Of a stretch of 34,356 nucleotides of DNA, positions 1 through 10,754 are shown in pieces; within the stretch, counting starts at the first letter, position 1, and each line of letters starts with the position of its first letter. The translations under genes and the position numbers were made by a program. The notes beneath the pieces are model-generated. The model ran no database searches, had not been told where the DNA came from, and was given only the letters and a program-made list of their open reading frames with translations. This DNA is from Fonticula alba ATCC 38817 (taxonomy: Eukaryota > Protista > Nucleariida): assembly GCA_000388065.2 (NCBI GenBank), contig KB932202.1, one strand, 5' to 3'.

Positions 1-972
1 CCCCCCCCCCCAGGCGCGCCGGAGGGGCAGGCCGACGATAATCGCAGGTGATATCCCCTTCCCCCGCTTGCGGGCGCATCTGCTGGACTCGATTGCCCGC
101 GGCCGCTCGGGCGCCGGTTGCTATTCCGCCATCCGAATCAGGGGCCCGGAGTTGAGGTGACCAAGGGTGGTTAAGCGTCTGCAAGCTGGGGCTACTAGAG
201 CACGGCCACGAGTGCGTCGTCGCGCTCTCCAGGGCAGCAGGGGGGTGCACCTGTCAGGTTGGCTGATGAAGGCCGCCGCAGCCGCAGCAACAGCAACAGA
301 GAATTCCGGGCATGGGCCGGGCGGGGGCCGTGCCTCGCGGACCTGCTCCCCAGGCCCGCAAACGGTCGCCGGACTCCCGGAGGCATGCAACCTCGCGGGT
401 GGTGCCGGGGGTGCGAGCCGGCCCGCGTTCCTGCTCGCGGAGACAGTTTCCACCCAAGGGGCAACAGAACAATGTCATTCTCGCCTCCCCCCCCCTCCCC
501 CGCCGTGCTCGGCCCTGGACCAGTGGATGGGATCAGCGGGACCGCGGATCTCACTGACGCTGAGATCAACCAACAACCATTGCTCGGAAAATGACCCCCG
601 CGCGCCCCGGCCAGGCACCGCTGCCCGATGCTTGGCAGCGACCGTGGCAACGGCAGCACAGGCGGAGGGCAGAGAAGGGGGGGGGGATGGGTGGCCTCCT
701 CGTCCACTGGCCAGCCCGGCCATTTCAGGCACCAGCGTTGCCTTCTCCCGGTCGGGCGCCGGGTTCTACACACCCACGAAGCGCGCCACTCGAAGTGTCC
801 GCCTCGCCCCTTTTCTTCCCCCCCCCTCCCTCCCCCTTCCTGCCGCTGTACGATCCCCCTCGATTCCTCCTCCCTCTCCCCCCCTCTCCCTCACTCCCTC
901 CTTCCCTCTCTCGCTGGCGCCCATGTTGACACCCAAGCATAGTCCCAAGCAGCAGCAACTACAACAACAATC

Positions 973-2403
973 ATGGCCACCAACTTCTTCGCCACCATGG
1001 ACAAGACCTGGATCGATGTCGCCAGCGCGATTGACGCCCACCCCAACGGCGAGATCCCCACTGAGATCTTCATCGCCGCGGCTCGTGAGCTGTCCAACAT
1101 CTTCGGTATGTTCTCCCCTCCTCACCCCACCCGCTATCCTCCTAGCCCGCGGTGCATGAAGAGTCAATCGGCTGCTAACTCCCCCCCCCCCCTCTCGCCC
1201 ACACATGCACCTGCCTACGCCCTATCCTCCCTGGCGTCGCTGCCGTCACCTATGTATGGTCATCAATGCAATCCAGACATTCTCAACTCGATGGCCTTCT
1301 CGCCGGTCAAGAAGGACATGGTCCAGAACATTGACGTGCGTGCAAGGCTCTTGTTCTCTCTCTCTCTCTCTCTTTCTCTCTCTTGCTGTCGGTCGCCAGA
1401 GCGAGCCTGTGCTGATGCACTCCCGCCCCCCTCCCCCCTCCCTGTTTGCGCCCTTGCACACGATCGCAGCTCGTGGAGCAGCGCTTCCTCTCCGCTGGCC
1501 CCGAGTCTCAGACCCTCAACCAGCTGATCGCCAACGAGCGCAAGCTGAGCACCTTCATGCAGAAGGGCAAGAGCCCGAGCCGTGCCCTTCTCTGGTACAA
1601 GCGGTGCGTCATTCCGGCCTCCCTCTTGCGTGCTGCCCCCCCCCCTCTCTTTCTCTCTCGCCCCCCCCCCACCCCCATGGCGTGCTGACATCCCCACACA
1701 ACATCCCCTTCCTCTTCTCCTCTCTTCGGCCCGTATGTAATGCTGCTGCTTTGACAGTGGTATGGAGTTCCTGGCCCAGGCTTTCCTGCGCTGCCTTGAG
1801 AACCCCACCGAGGAGCTGGCTGTCTCCTTCAGCAAGTCCTACGAGACCACCCTTCAGCAGCACCACGGCTTCCTGGTCCGCAATGTGTTCAGCGTGCGTT
1901 TTTCGGCTTCCCATTCCCCCTCGCTTTGCCTTTCCTCCCTGTCCTTCTCCCTGGCTGGGCCCTTTACTCACATACATCCCCACATGGTATGCCTCACACT
2001 TGTGCGTATGCCCCTTCGTAGCTTGCCGTGAAGGCCGCCCCCTACCGCGAGGACTTCCTCAAGTCCCTGGCCAAGGAGGATGATCGTGAGCAGCTCCTGG
2101 CCACCATGACCCCCTACATTCATGCCTATGTCAAGGTCTGCAAGGTGCGTCTCTCCCCCGCGCGGGTCAAAAAACCCCTGCTGGAACTTGTCCCCCATCC
2201 TCCTGCCCAGAACTACCGCCACTGCCCTCCGTGCTCCGGCTTTGCTTTCCCTTGAGCTATTTGTGTCTGATGCGTCTCTCTCCTCGCTGCGCCGTCCATG
2301 CTTGCACGATGTTGCCCGCGCCACTGGACGTTCTCCCCGGCCTCCCTGGATATAGGTCCTCGTCAAGCTTTACGACGATGAGGACCTCGAGCGCCCGCTG
2401 TAA
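973..2403 (+). CDS. GLTP: Glycolipid transfer protein (GLTP / HET-C2-like), 6 exons
   Basis: Exons 973-1105, 1277-1335, 1470-1603, 1758-1893, 2022-2144 and 2356-2403 join in frame over GT-AG introns. Protein: MATNFFATMDKTWIDV...F|DILNSMAFSPVKKDMVQNID|...SRALLWYKR|GMEFL...SYETTLQQHHGFLVRNVFS|LAVKAAPYREDFLKSL...LERPL*. It carries the GLTP motifs FxPVKxDxxxN, LLWxKRG and TLxxHHGxxVR. Confidence 0.92.
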
Positions 2404-3950
2404 GCAGATCGTCTTGATTTCACATGGCTTGGTGCTGGGTGGCCCTCCCTCGATAGCACACTCACACACACACACACACACGCAGAGGAGGCGAGAGACT
2501 ATGTCCTTTGCCACCCTCTCTTCATCTCATGTGCATTGTGAAGTGCAGCGAGGCCGAGCGCCTTCCCGAGCGGTGTGCCGAAATGCCGCATATCCTTGCA
2601 TGTACTCCGCGCGACCTCCCTTCTTCGCCGCCAGGGGAAGGGAAAAGAAGTCCAGCCGTGCTTCCTCGTGCTGCATTTTTAGATGTGAATATGTCCTGTT
2701 TCTCCCTCTCCCTTTTGGAGGGGTCTCGGAGGGAGAAAAAGGAGCTGTTTGTGTCTCCTCCATGCGGAGAAAAACGGAAAAAATCAAAAAATACAAAATG
2801 TCGAAGAAAGGGGACCATTGTTTGTCCGACGCGACTGCGCACGCATGTGGGTAGCAGGGACGGGGGGGGGGGGGGGCATGCAGGGCCTGCCCGGCTCCGC
2901 TTGTTGCCAGCAAAAGCGGGTGGGCTGGCGGGGGAGGGATGCGGGAGGACCGCGATGCCTCTGGTGTCCGGAGCCTGAGCCTCGCACCCGGAGATTGGAG
3001 AAATGTCCGGAGGGAGAAGGGCCCCGAGCAAAATATGGGCGTGCACAAAATCCGGAGCATGGGTAGCTCCCGAGCGCGCCATTTAGCGGGGTCCCAGGAA
3101 GATCTTAATCGTATTGCGGGCGCGCGGGGGTGGAGAATTCGGATAAGCTTGGGGGAGCGGTGATGTGTCTCCCCACCCGGGTGGACGTCCCTTCTCCCGG
3201 CTGGGGTGCTGAGGGAGGAAGAGAAGCCCACGAAACAGGAGCCCAGGCGCCGACGTGCTGGGGAGGCCGGAGATTTGCGGGACTCGGGCCTGGCAAGCAT
3301 TTTAGTCAGGCCGAGGGGGGGCGGGGGGGGGGGGGTTGGGAGACTCAGGGCCCCGGTGGGCGGCCCGGACTATGTGGCGCATGCTCGCCCATTGGTCCGT
3401 TCATTTGACTAGGGGACTGATCGCGACCGATGTTGTGGTAGCTAATGCTCCACACTTGTCTCGCCCGGCGCCCGGCTCCTGAAGCTATTCTCCCGCCGAC
3501 AGAGCCCCTGGCTGTGGGGCCGGAAGAGGGGGCAATATGACCCGGCAGAGGGGGCGGGCGGGGCCGGGAGGCGGGTACCATCGGGCTGGCAGTGGGGCCG
3601 GGGGGGGGGGGGGGGGGGGAAGAAAGGACCCCGGTGGGGATCCCTTTTCGCCTGTGGATGCCCAGGAGCGAGCCCGAGCGGCCTTCTTTTGACCCCTCCC
3701 GCCCAGGCTAGCGCCCGCCAATAGCCATCCCGCCCCGTCTCCCTTCTGCCTCTTTCCCCAGCCCTTTTTTTCCTCTCCTCCCCCTCCTCAGGCACCCACG
3801 TACCTTTTCACCCCTCTCCATCCTCGCTTTTCTCCTCCTCCTCCCCCCCCCCCGTCCCTCCTTCTCTTTCTCTCGGTCTTCCCCGCCCTGTCTAATCTCT
3901 GGCCATTCGCCAACACAGACCCCCCTTTTCCCTCTCCCCCTATAACCGTC

Positions 3951-5698
3951 ATGAAGCTTTGGATCTGCCCTTTCAACAGCGACAAGTTCCAGGTCGAGGT
4001 CGATGGTACGATCGCCAAACCGCATCCTCCCACTTGCCTCTCTTGGAGGGCGGTGTGCACCGCTGGCCCACCACGCAGCTCATTTACCGGCCTCCGTCTC
4101 CCCCTCCATCGCGGCCTGCCACAGATGCCGCTACCACCATGGACCTAAAGGAGGCCATTGCCAAGGTGGAGAACTCCTCCGCCGAGACCCAGCGTCTTAT
4201 CTTCGCTGGCAGCGTCCTGAAGGACAGTGAGCAGCTCAGCTCCTACAACATCGTTGTTCGTGCCGCCCCTCCCCCCCCCCCTCCCCTCTTTGTTGAAAGG
4301 CTCCGACGCTCTGTTCTGACGCTGCTTTCCCCGATGGCCTGTAGGATGGCGTGTCCATTCATTATGTTCGTGGGCGGGCCCCCCGCGCTGCGGCTGCCGC
4401 CGCTCCGGCCGCCGCCCCGGCTCGGCCGGCGACTACTCCGGCCCCGGCTCCGGCGGCCGCCCCTCGCCCGGCTTCGGCTGCCACCCCCTCGGCTGCCAGC
4501 GTGCCGACCAACATCTCGGCTGGGTTCGACCCGTCGCGCTCGGTCATCGGCGCCGGCGAGTTCTCCCTGGCCAATGCCGACCTTGGGTCCATTCTGAGCG
4601 CCATTCCTGGCGGCCTGTCGTCTCTGATCGGGGACGGTGAGGAGGGCTCCTCCGGTCTGCCCGACTTCGAGGCGGTCAACCAGCTCCTTAGCCAGAACCC
4701 TGCCCTGCGCGAGCAGATGAGCCAGATGATGTCGGACCCGGCCATGATGGAATCCCTCATGAACAACCCCATGTTCCGGGTCCGTGCCCTGCCGCGGGTA
4801 TGCCCCTCACCTGGAAGCCCCTCGCCACTTCGCTGACGTCTTCCCGCCCCCCCCCCCCCCCCCCCTCCCCCCCCCCCCCCTCGTGGGGTCCTCCCCCGCC
4901 CTCTATGCCCTGCCGTCTTGGCGCATCCCCATGCAGGACATGCTGCCTCCCGGCTCGCGCAATCTGATGTCCAATCCTGCCATGATCCGCCTGGCCATGG
5001 ACCCGGAGTTCGTGCAGCTCCAGGCTCAGATGCAGGCTGTCATGCAGCGCCACGGGGTGGACCTTAGTTCCATGATGGGCGGTGGCGGTGGCATGTTCGG
5101 CGCCGCCGGTGCCTCGGGAGCCGGCTCCCCCTCCGCCAGCCAGGAGGGCACCAACCGGCCGGCGGCCGGCCCCGGCGCCATGCCCTCGCTGGCTCATCTG
5201 GAGCAGCTCCTGTCGGCCTTCGGTGGGGCTGCGGGTGCCGGTGCTGGCGCGGCTGGTGGCTCTCCCTTCAACTTCGGCGGTGCTGCGGCGGCCGCCCAGG
5301 CCCCGGCCGAGCCCCCTGAGTCTCGCTTCCAGGTCCAGCTGTCTATGCTCCAAGTAAGTACATGCCTCGCGTGCCAGGCAGCAATCTAGGAAACTCCGCC
5401 TCCCTCACCCCCCACGCACATGCAATGTCTGACCCCCCCCCCCCCCCCGATGGTCATCCACCTCCCTGGCTATGATGCGTCCTCCGTGCCGCTCCCATGT
5501 GGCTGGCTTTGCCTCGCGCCTCGACCTGGGCCCCCTCGTGCACAGGACATGGGCTTCCATGACTCGGCCGCCAACATCCGCGCCCTGCTTTCCTCCGGGG
5601 GTCGTGTTGATGCCGCGGTCGAGTACCTTCTGCGCTCGCCTCCGGACTTCTCCTCCGGCGGCGGAAGTGGCGGCCCTGGCTCCCCCGGGTCGAACTAG
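3951..5698 (+). CDS. DSK2: Ubiquilin/Dsk2-like UBL-STI1-UBA ubiquitin receptor, 5 exons
   Basis: Exons 3951-4005, 4125-4255, 4345-4779, 4937-5353 and 5546-5698. N-terminal UBL (QRLIFAGSVLKDSEQLSSYNIV|DGVSIHYV), Met/Asn/Pro-rich STI1-like repeats (MMSDPAMMESLMNNPMFR, LMSNPAMIR), C-terminal UBA (RFQVQLSMLQ|DMGFHDSAANIRALLSSGGRVDAAVEYLL). Confidence 0.9.
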
Positions 5699-6082
5699 TG
5701 TGGGCACACATGTCCCCATGGCGTGCAGTGTCTCCCATGGTCAAAGTATGCCGCTGGTGGAGGCGCGTGTGGCGAGAGCACGGGGCCATCCTTTTCTCCC
5801 TCCCGACACTGTCAAGGCCCGCCTTCTTCCTCGACACTCCCCCCCCCCCTCCGCACTCTGCCCATTCCCGCACACTGCGCGTGGACCGGGGGGGGCGACA
5901 CGTCAGCTACCCAAGGCAGGGATGCAGGTATTGCGCAGCTCCAGCGCCGAATCGCGCATTGAATGCCATCGGCCGGGTGTACCCACACACGCGGATATGC
6001 GCATCCACATCTGCACGCGCGACTTTTCCTGCTGCCCTTCCCGCACCGGCGCATGGCCGTGTAATATTCAAACACTCAAACA

Positions 6083-6088
6083 AATAAA
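6083..6088 (+). terminator. Putative polyadenylation signal of the ubiquilin-like gene
   Basis: AATAAA in an A-rich island about 385 nt after the stop codon. Use of this hexamer in this lineage is assumed. Confidence 0.35.
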
Positions 6089-6886
6089 AAAACACCTTCC
6101 TCGCTCCGATCAAGACACGGTGTATCCCGGTGACCAGAGGGTACAGGGCGGGAGCCATTCCAGCGAGAGGGGAGAGCGGGGGGGGGGGGGGGGCAAAGCA
6201 AGGCCAAAATCGCGACGCAGGGCGCCGTCCAGATGGACGAAAGGAGTGGGTGCTGTTCGGATAGCCGAAGGAGAATATACAGAATCTATGATCATGTGCT
6301 CGGATCTGGGGGTTATTACCTACGCCGCATGTGATGGCAAATGTCGGCAGTGGCCATGCTCCCTCAACCCGAGTCAAGAAAGAGAAGGAGGCGGGGCGGC
6401 AAGAGCGAGCGAAACAGTGCCGGAGTCCCGGCGTCTGCGCTTTTGTTCACCCAGCCTCGCAGGAAAGCTTGGCCATTGCATGGCCTGGACAGGTGTGCTT
6501 CCCTTCGGGGGACACACCCGTCGGGAGGGCTATCTCACCGGCCCGGACTGGGAACCGAGTCCCCCCTCCCTCCCCAGCTCTTGGGGTGTATTTTCAAGCT
6601 TTGGGGGTAGGGAGCTGACTGGTTTGCAATGGTGGGGGGGGGGGGGGCCAAGATGACGGACGAGCCGCGCCTGGGCGCGCATGTGGCGCGCATAATGCCC
6701 CGCGTGAATGTTCCCGCCGTCGCGGAAAATTACATTTCCACGGAGATCCCGCACGCTGTCCGCAACCTGCAAGCCTGCTCCTCCTGAGTGCTTCACATTT
6801 TAGGAGGCGGCGCTCGACCAGTGCCGCAGGACGAGACCCCTCCTCTCGGCCTCCCTCCCCCCCCCCCCTCCCCCACCGTGAGCAGT

Positions 6887-7232
6887 TGATTTCCTCCATC
6901 TCTCTGCCCTGTCTCCCCTCCCCTGTCGAAAGATGACCTCCTTCGCCGCCAGCAACTACACCGGCCTCAAGCATATCCATGCGCTGGTTGCCGAGCAGCT
7001 TGCCGAGATTTTCGCCACCAAGGGCGCCGAGCTGACTCCGGCGNNNNNNNNNNNNNNNNNNNNNNNNNNNNNNNNNTGATTTCCTCCATCTCTCTGCCCT
7101 GTCTCCCCTCCCCTGTCGAAAGATGACCTCCTTCGCCGCCAGCAACTACACCGGCCTCAAGCATATCCATGCGCTGGTTGCCGAGCAGCTTGCCGAGATT
7201 TTCGCCACCAAGGGCGCCGAGCTGACTCCGGC
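6887..7232. repeat. 156-bp direct duplication across an N gap, containing the ArgRS start (probable artefact)
   Basis: 6887-7042 is identical to 7077-7232, separated by one base plus Ns at 7044-7076. This is the pattern of unmerged overlapping contig ends. Confidence 0.85.
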
Positions 7233-9086
7233 TGTGACTGCCGAGGCTGCGGCCAAGCTCAATGCCGAGACTATCTTCGGCCTGGTTCAGGTCCCTGCCA
7301 GCTCGAAGAACGGCCATGCCACCATTCCGATGCCGGTGCTGCTGAAGGCTGGCGATCTCAAGGGCAACCCCGCGCAGTTTGCTGCCAGCGTTGCCAAGAT
7401 CGTATGTGCACCGCCGCACTCTTGGCCTCCCGATGCCTAGTCCCCTGTGCTGTGACTAACTCCCCCTGTCTGTTGGCTGCGCCGCTCCCCTCCAGTTCAC
7501 CGTGAGATCGGAAGAGCACACGTGATCTCAAGGGCAACCCCGCGCAGTTTGCTGCCAGCGTTGCCAAGATCGTATGTGCACCGCCGCACTCTTGGCCTCC
7601 CGATGCCTAGTCCCCTGTGCTGTGACTAACTCCCCCTGTCTGTTGGCTGCGCCGCTCCCCTCCAGTTCACCGTGGGCGAGCTCATCACCAAGGTCGAGCA
7701 GGCGGCCATCTACCTTAACTTCCATGCCAACCAGGACTTCCTCACCTCGAGCGTCCTGTCGGCTGTCCTCCAGCAGACCGATAACTATGGCAGCAACGGT
7801 GGCCAGCTTGTGCGTTTTGAAGCGTGACCCGGCGATGCGCCCTTCTCTCCCACCACTGGTCCCTGCGTCCCCGTCCCCTCCCCCCCCCCCATCCCGACTG
7901 ACGCTCTCCCTTTCACTGCTCTCCCTCCCCCTCGTGCGCGACAGGGTCTTGGCAAGAAGATTGTCGTCGAGTACAGCTCCCCGAACATCGCCAAGCCCTT
8001 CCATGCCGGTCACCTGCGCTCGACCATCATCGGAAACTTCATCGCCAATGTCCACCGCATGCTCGGGTATGAGGTGGTCCGCATCAACTACCTCGGCGAC
8101 TGGGGCAAGCAGTTCGGTGCGTCCTCCCTCCCCTGGCATCGCCCATGCGGCCCTCCCATCCTCCCGTTGGCTGCCTGATGCACCCACTTCCCAACGCGAA
8201 TTCGCGCACTCCCGAATCTAACCCGAAACCCCAGGTCTCCTGGCCGTTGGCTTCGAGAAGTACGGTTCCGAGGAGGCCCTCAACGAGAACCCCATCATCC
8301 ACCTGTTCGACGTCTACGTCAAGATCAACGTACGTTGCTCGGTGCCGATTTGCGCCTCCCTCCCCCGCGCGGTCCCCCTTGTGACTACCGACTAACGCAA
8401 CCTGCTCCACAGGAGGAGGCCACCAACGATGCCACCATCCACGACCAGGCCCGTGCCTACTTCCAGCGCATGGAGAACGGCGACGAGAGCGCCCTGGCCA
8501 TCTGGAAGCGCTTCCGCGATCTGTCCATCACCAAGTACATCGACATCTACAAGCGCCTTGGCATCGAGTTCGACGTCTACTCCGGCGAGTCGCAGTACTC
8601 CGAGTCCATGAAGGACGCTCTGGCCGAGCTGAAGGAGAAGAACCTCCTCACTGAGAGCCTCGGCGCCCAGATCATCGAGCTCAAGGACAAGAAGCTCGGA
8701 CATGTCATTGTCGAGAAGTCCGATGGTATGGTTGGGCCTTGCGCTGGTCCTTTTCCTCCTCTTTCTCTCTCTCTCTCCCTCCCCTCTTCCTCCTATCCCA
8801 GACACTCGACCTCGCCGTCCGTGTCTGACCGGCGCTCTCATGGTCCCTAACAATACCCCCTGACTCCCTTGCCCTTTGTTGGGGACGGAAAAAAAAAGGC
8901 ACCACCCTGTACATCACGCGTGATATCGCTGCCGGCATTGAGCGCTTCAACACTTACAACTATGACCAGCAGTTCTACGTCGTGGCTGCCCAGCAGGACC
9001 TGCACTTCCAGCAGCTCTTCGAGATCTTCCGCCGCATGGGCCGTGAGAACATCTCCGAGAAGTGTGCGTACATGAGCTTCCTCTCC

Positions 9087-9117
<31 letters not shown>

Positions 9118-10013
9118 CCCTTCTGTGTCGCCTCTCCCCCCTCGGTGCCTGTGACGCCCTTGCTCTCCGGCACATGTCGCCTGTCTTTTCCGCGATCCCC
9201 CTCGCTCACCTGCCCTCTCCCATGCTTTGACTGCCACCTTTTACAGGCCAGCACATCAACTTCGGCATGGTCAAGGGCATGTCCACCCGTAAGGGCACCG
9301 TCGTCTTCCTGGAGGACATCCTCAAGGAGGCCGCCGAGACCATGCACACCGTCATGAAGGGGTACGCCCGACCTATCCTCCTTTGTGCCCCTATCCCAGT
9401 GTCCGCCCTTGCCCGGACACACAACATTGTAGATACTGCCGGTGGCCGGAATTCCTGACCCGCCTTTCCATCTAGCAACGAGGAGAAGTACAAGCAGATT
9501 GAGGACCCGGACGCCATTGCCGATATCCTCGGTATCTCGGCCGTCATGATCCAGGACATGTCGTCCCGCCGCATTCGTGGCTACGACTTTGACTGGCGCC
9601 GCATCACCTCCTTCGAGGGTGACACCGGCCCCTACCTGCAGTACACTCACGCGCGCATTTGCTCCATCCAGCGCCGCCTGAGCGCGGTCCTCAGCCTGGA
9701 GAAGGACATCTATGCCGCGGACGCCGCCATCGATTTCTCTCTGCTGACGGAGCCGGCCGCCCATGCCCTGGTCGACCTGATGGCCACCTACCATGACGTC
9801 CTGCTGGCTGCCTGCAAGACCTCCGAGCCTTGCGGTGTTGTCACCTTCGCGCTGGAGCTGTCGCGCGCCATCTCCTCCGCCCTGGACACTCTGCGTGTCA
9901 TTGACCAGGAGCCGGCTGTTCAGCGCGCCCGCGCGGCTCTCTTCATTGCCGCCCGCCACACCCTCAGCAATGCTCTGCGGATCCTTGGCCTGACTCCCGT
10001 GGAGCAGATGTAA
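7123..10013 (+). CDS. argS: Arginyl-tRNA synthetase (class I, yeast/RARS2-type), 8 exons
   Basis: Exons 7123-7401, 7666-7809, 7945-8116, 8235-8329, 8413-8725, 8899-9063, 9247-9361 and 9476-10013. HIGH region [51 protein letters not shown]-equivalent GMSTRKG, and anticodon-domain motif [14 protein letters not shown] duplicate copy of the start (ATG 6933) and an adapter-containing duplicate in intron 1 look like assembly artefacts. Confidence 0.95.
7354..7674. repeat. 151-bp direct duplication flanking the adapter (artefact)
   Basis: 7354-7504 is identical to 7524-7674 (offset 170). Confidence 0.92.
7505..7523 (+). other. Illumina TruSeq adapter fragment (assembly contamination)
   Basis: AGATCGGAAGAGCACACGT matches the start of the TruSeq read-1 adapter exactly. 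It sits between two identical 151-bp copies (7354-7504 and 7524-7674). Confidence 0.95.
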
Positions 10014-10582
10014 AGACCTCCCTCCTGCTGACCCCCCGCCCTTGACTCAGCACCCTCGGGCATCGCCCATCGATGGGCATGCCTGATCGGGCCGGACCTC
10101 CTCCTCTCTGCGGGGGAAAAGCCTCCCAGCAGGCTGTGTGTGTGTGTGTGTGTGTGTGTAAGAGCGTGCGCAGGACCATGTCGTGCGCACCTTCACGCCC
10201 CCCTACACACATGCCCGAAACATGTAAAAGAAATACACCCACACGCAGCCACCCGCACATGCCCTGTCTCCCGCGCCCCCCCCCCCCCCCCCCCCCCCCG
10301 AAGCCACCTTACGTGGGGATGCCGCGCCCGTGACATGTGCCAATGCATCCGCAACTGCCCGCCAACGCCGGAGCCTGCCAAGATTCTCACGCCCGTGTCA
10401 ACAAACGACAGTGGGCACCCCGCGCCGCGCCGGGGCTCAGCGCTCCGAGCTCCCTGCCCCCGGTCGAAGGGGGAAGGAAGCGTCTCGGCACGTCGAGAGA
10501 TCGACCCCAGAGGCGCACTTCCAGCTGATGAGTAGGCAGATCGCTCGTCCCCCCCTCGTCCTGACGACGACCCCAGCCACCA

Positions 10583-10588
<6 letters not shown>

Positions 10589-10624
<36 letters not shown>
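10589..10624. repeat. (AC)n microsatellite upstream of the glucosidase II beta-like gene
   Basis: Uninterrupted AC run. Similar (AC)/(GT) runs lie at about 2460-2480, 10135-10158, 12495-12523, 13965-13995, 14200-14217 and 30477-30501. Confidence 0.9.
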
Positions 10625-10626
<2 letters not shown>

Positions 10627-10754
10627 GCAAAAGAAAAAGACGCCTCCCGCCACGCGCACATCCATTCGCGTCTGCTCCCCCCCCCCCCTTGCTCTCTCCC
10701 TCTCCCCCTCTCTGCTTATCCCCCGGCTTTCCGTCGCCAGACAGTCGAGGCAGG

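Noticed and set aside
4520-4535. GGTTCGAC as a tRNA T-loop
   Set aside because: It lies inside a ubiquilin coding exon, with no cloverleaf or A box.
6440-6520. U1 or U2 snRNA, suggested by an ATTGCA loop and a UUCG stem
   Set aside because: No ACTTACCTG 5' end, no GTAGTA branch-pairing sequence and no Sm site in the right order.
6690-6932. Upstream mitochondrial-targeting exon for ArgRS (MFPPSRKITFPRRSRTLS..., possible intron 6878-6932)
   Set aside because: That frame stops at about 6803, and I found no in-frame splice path to the ArgRS ATG.
6887-7232. Tandem ArgRS start exons suggesting alternative first exons
   Set aside because: The copies are identical and separated by an N gap, the typical pattern of unmerged contig overlap.
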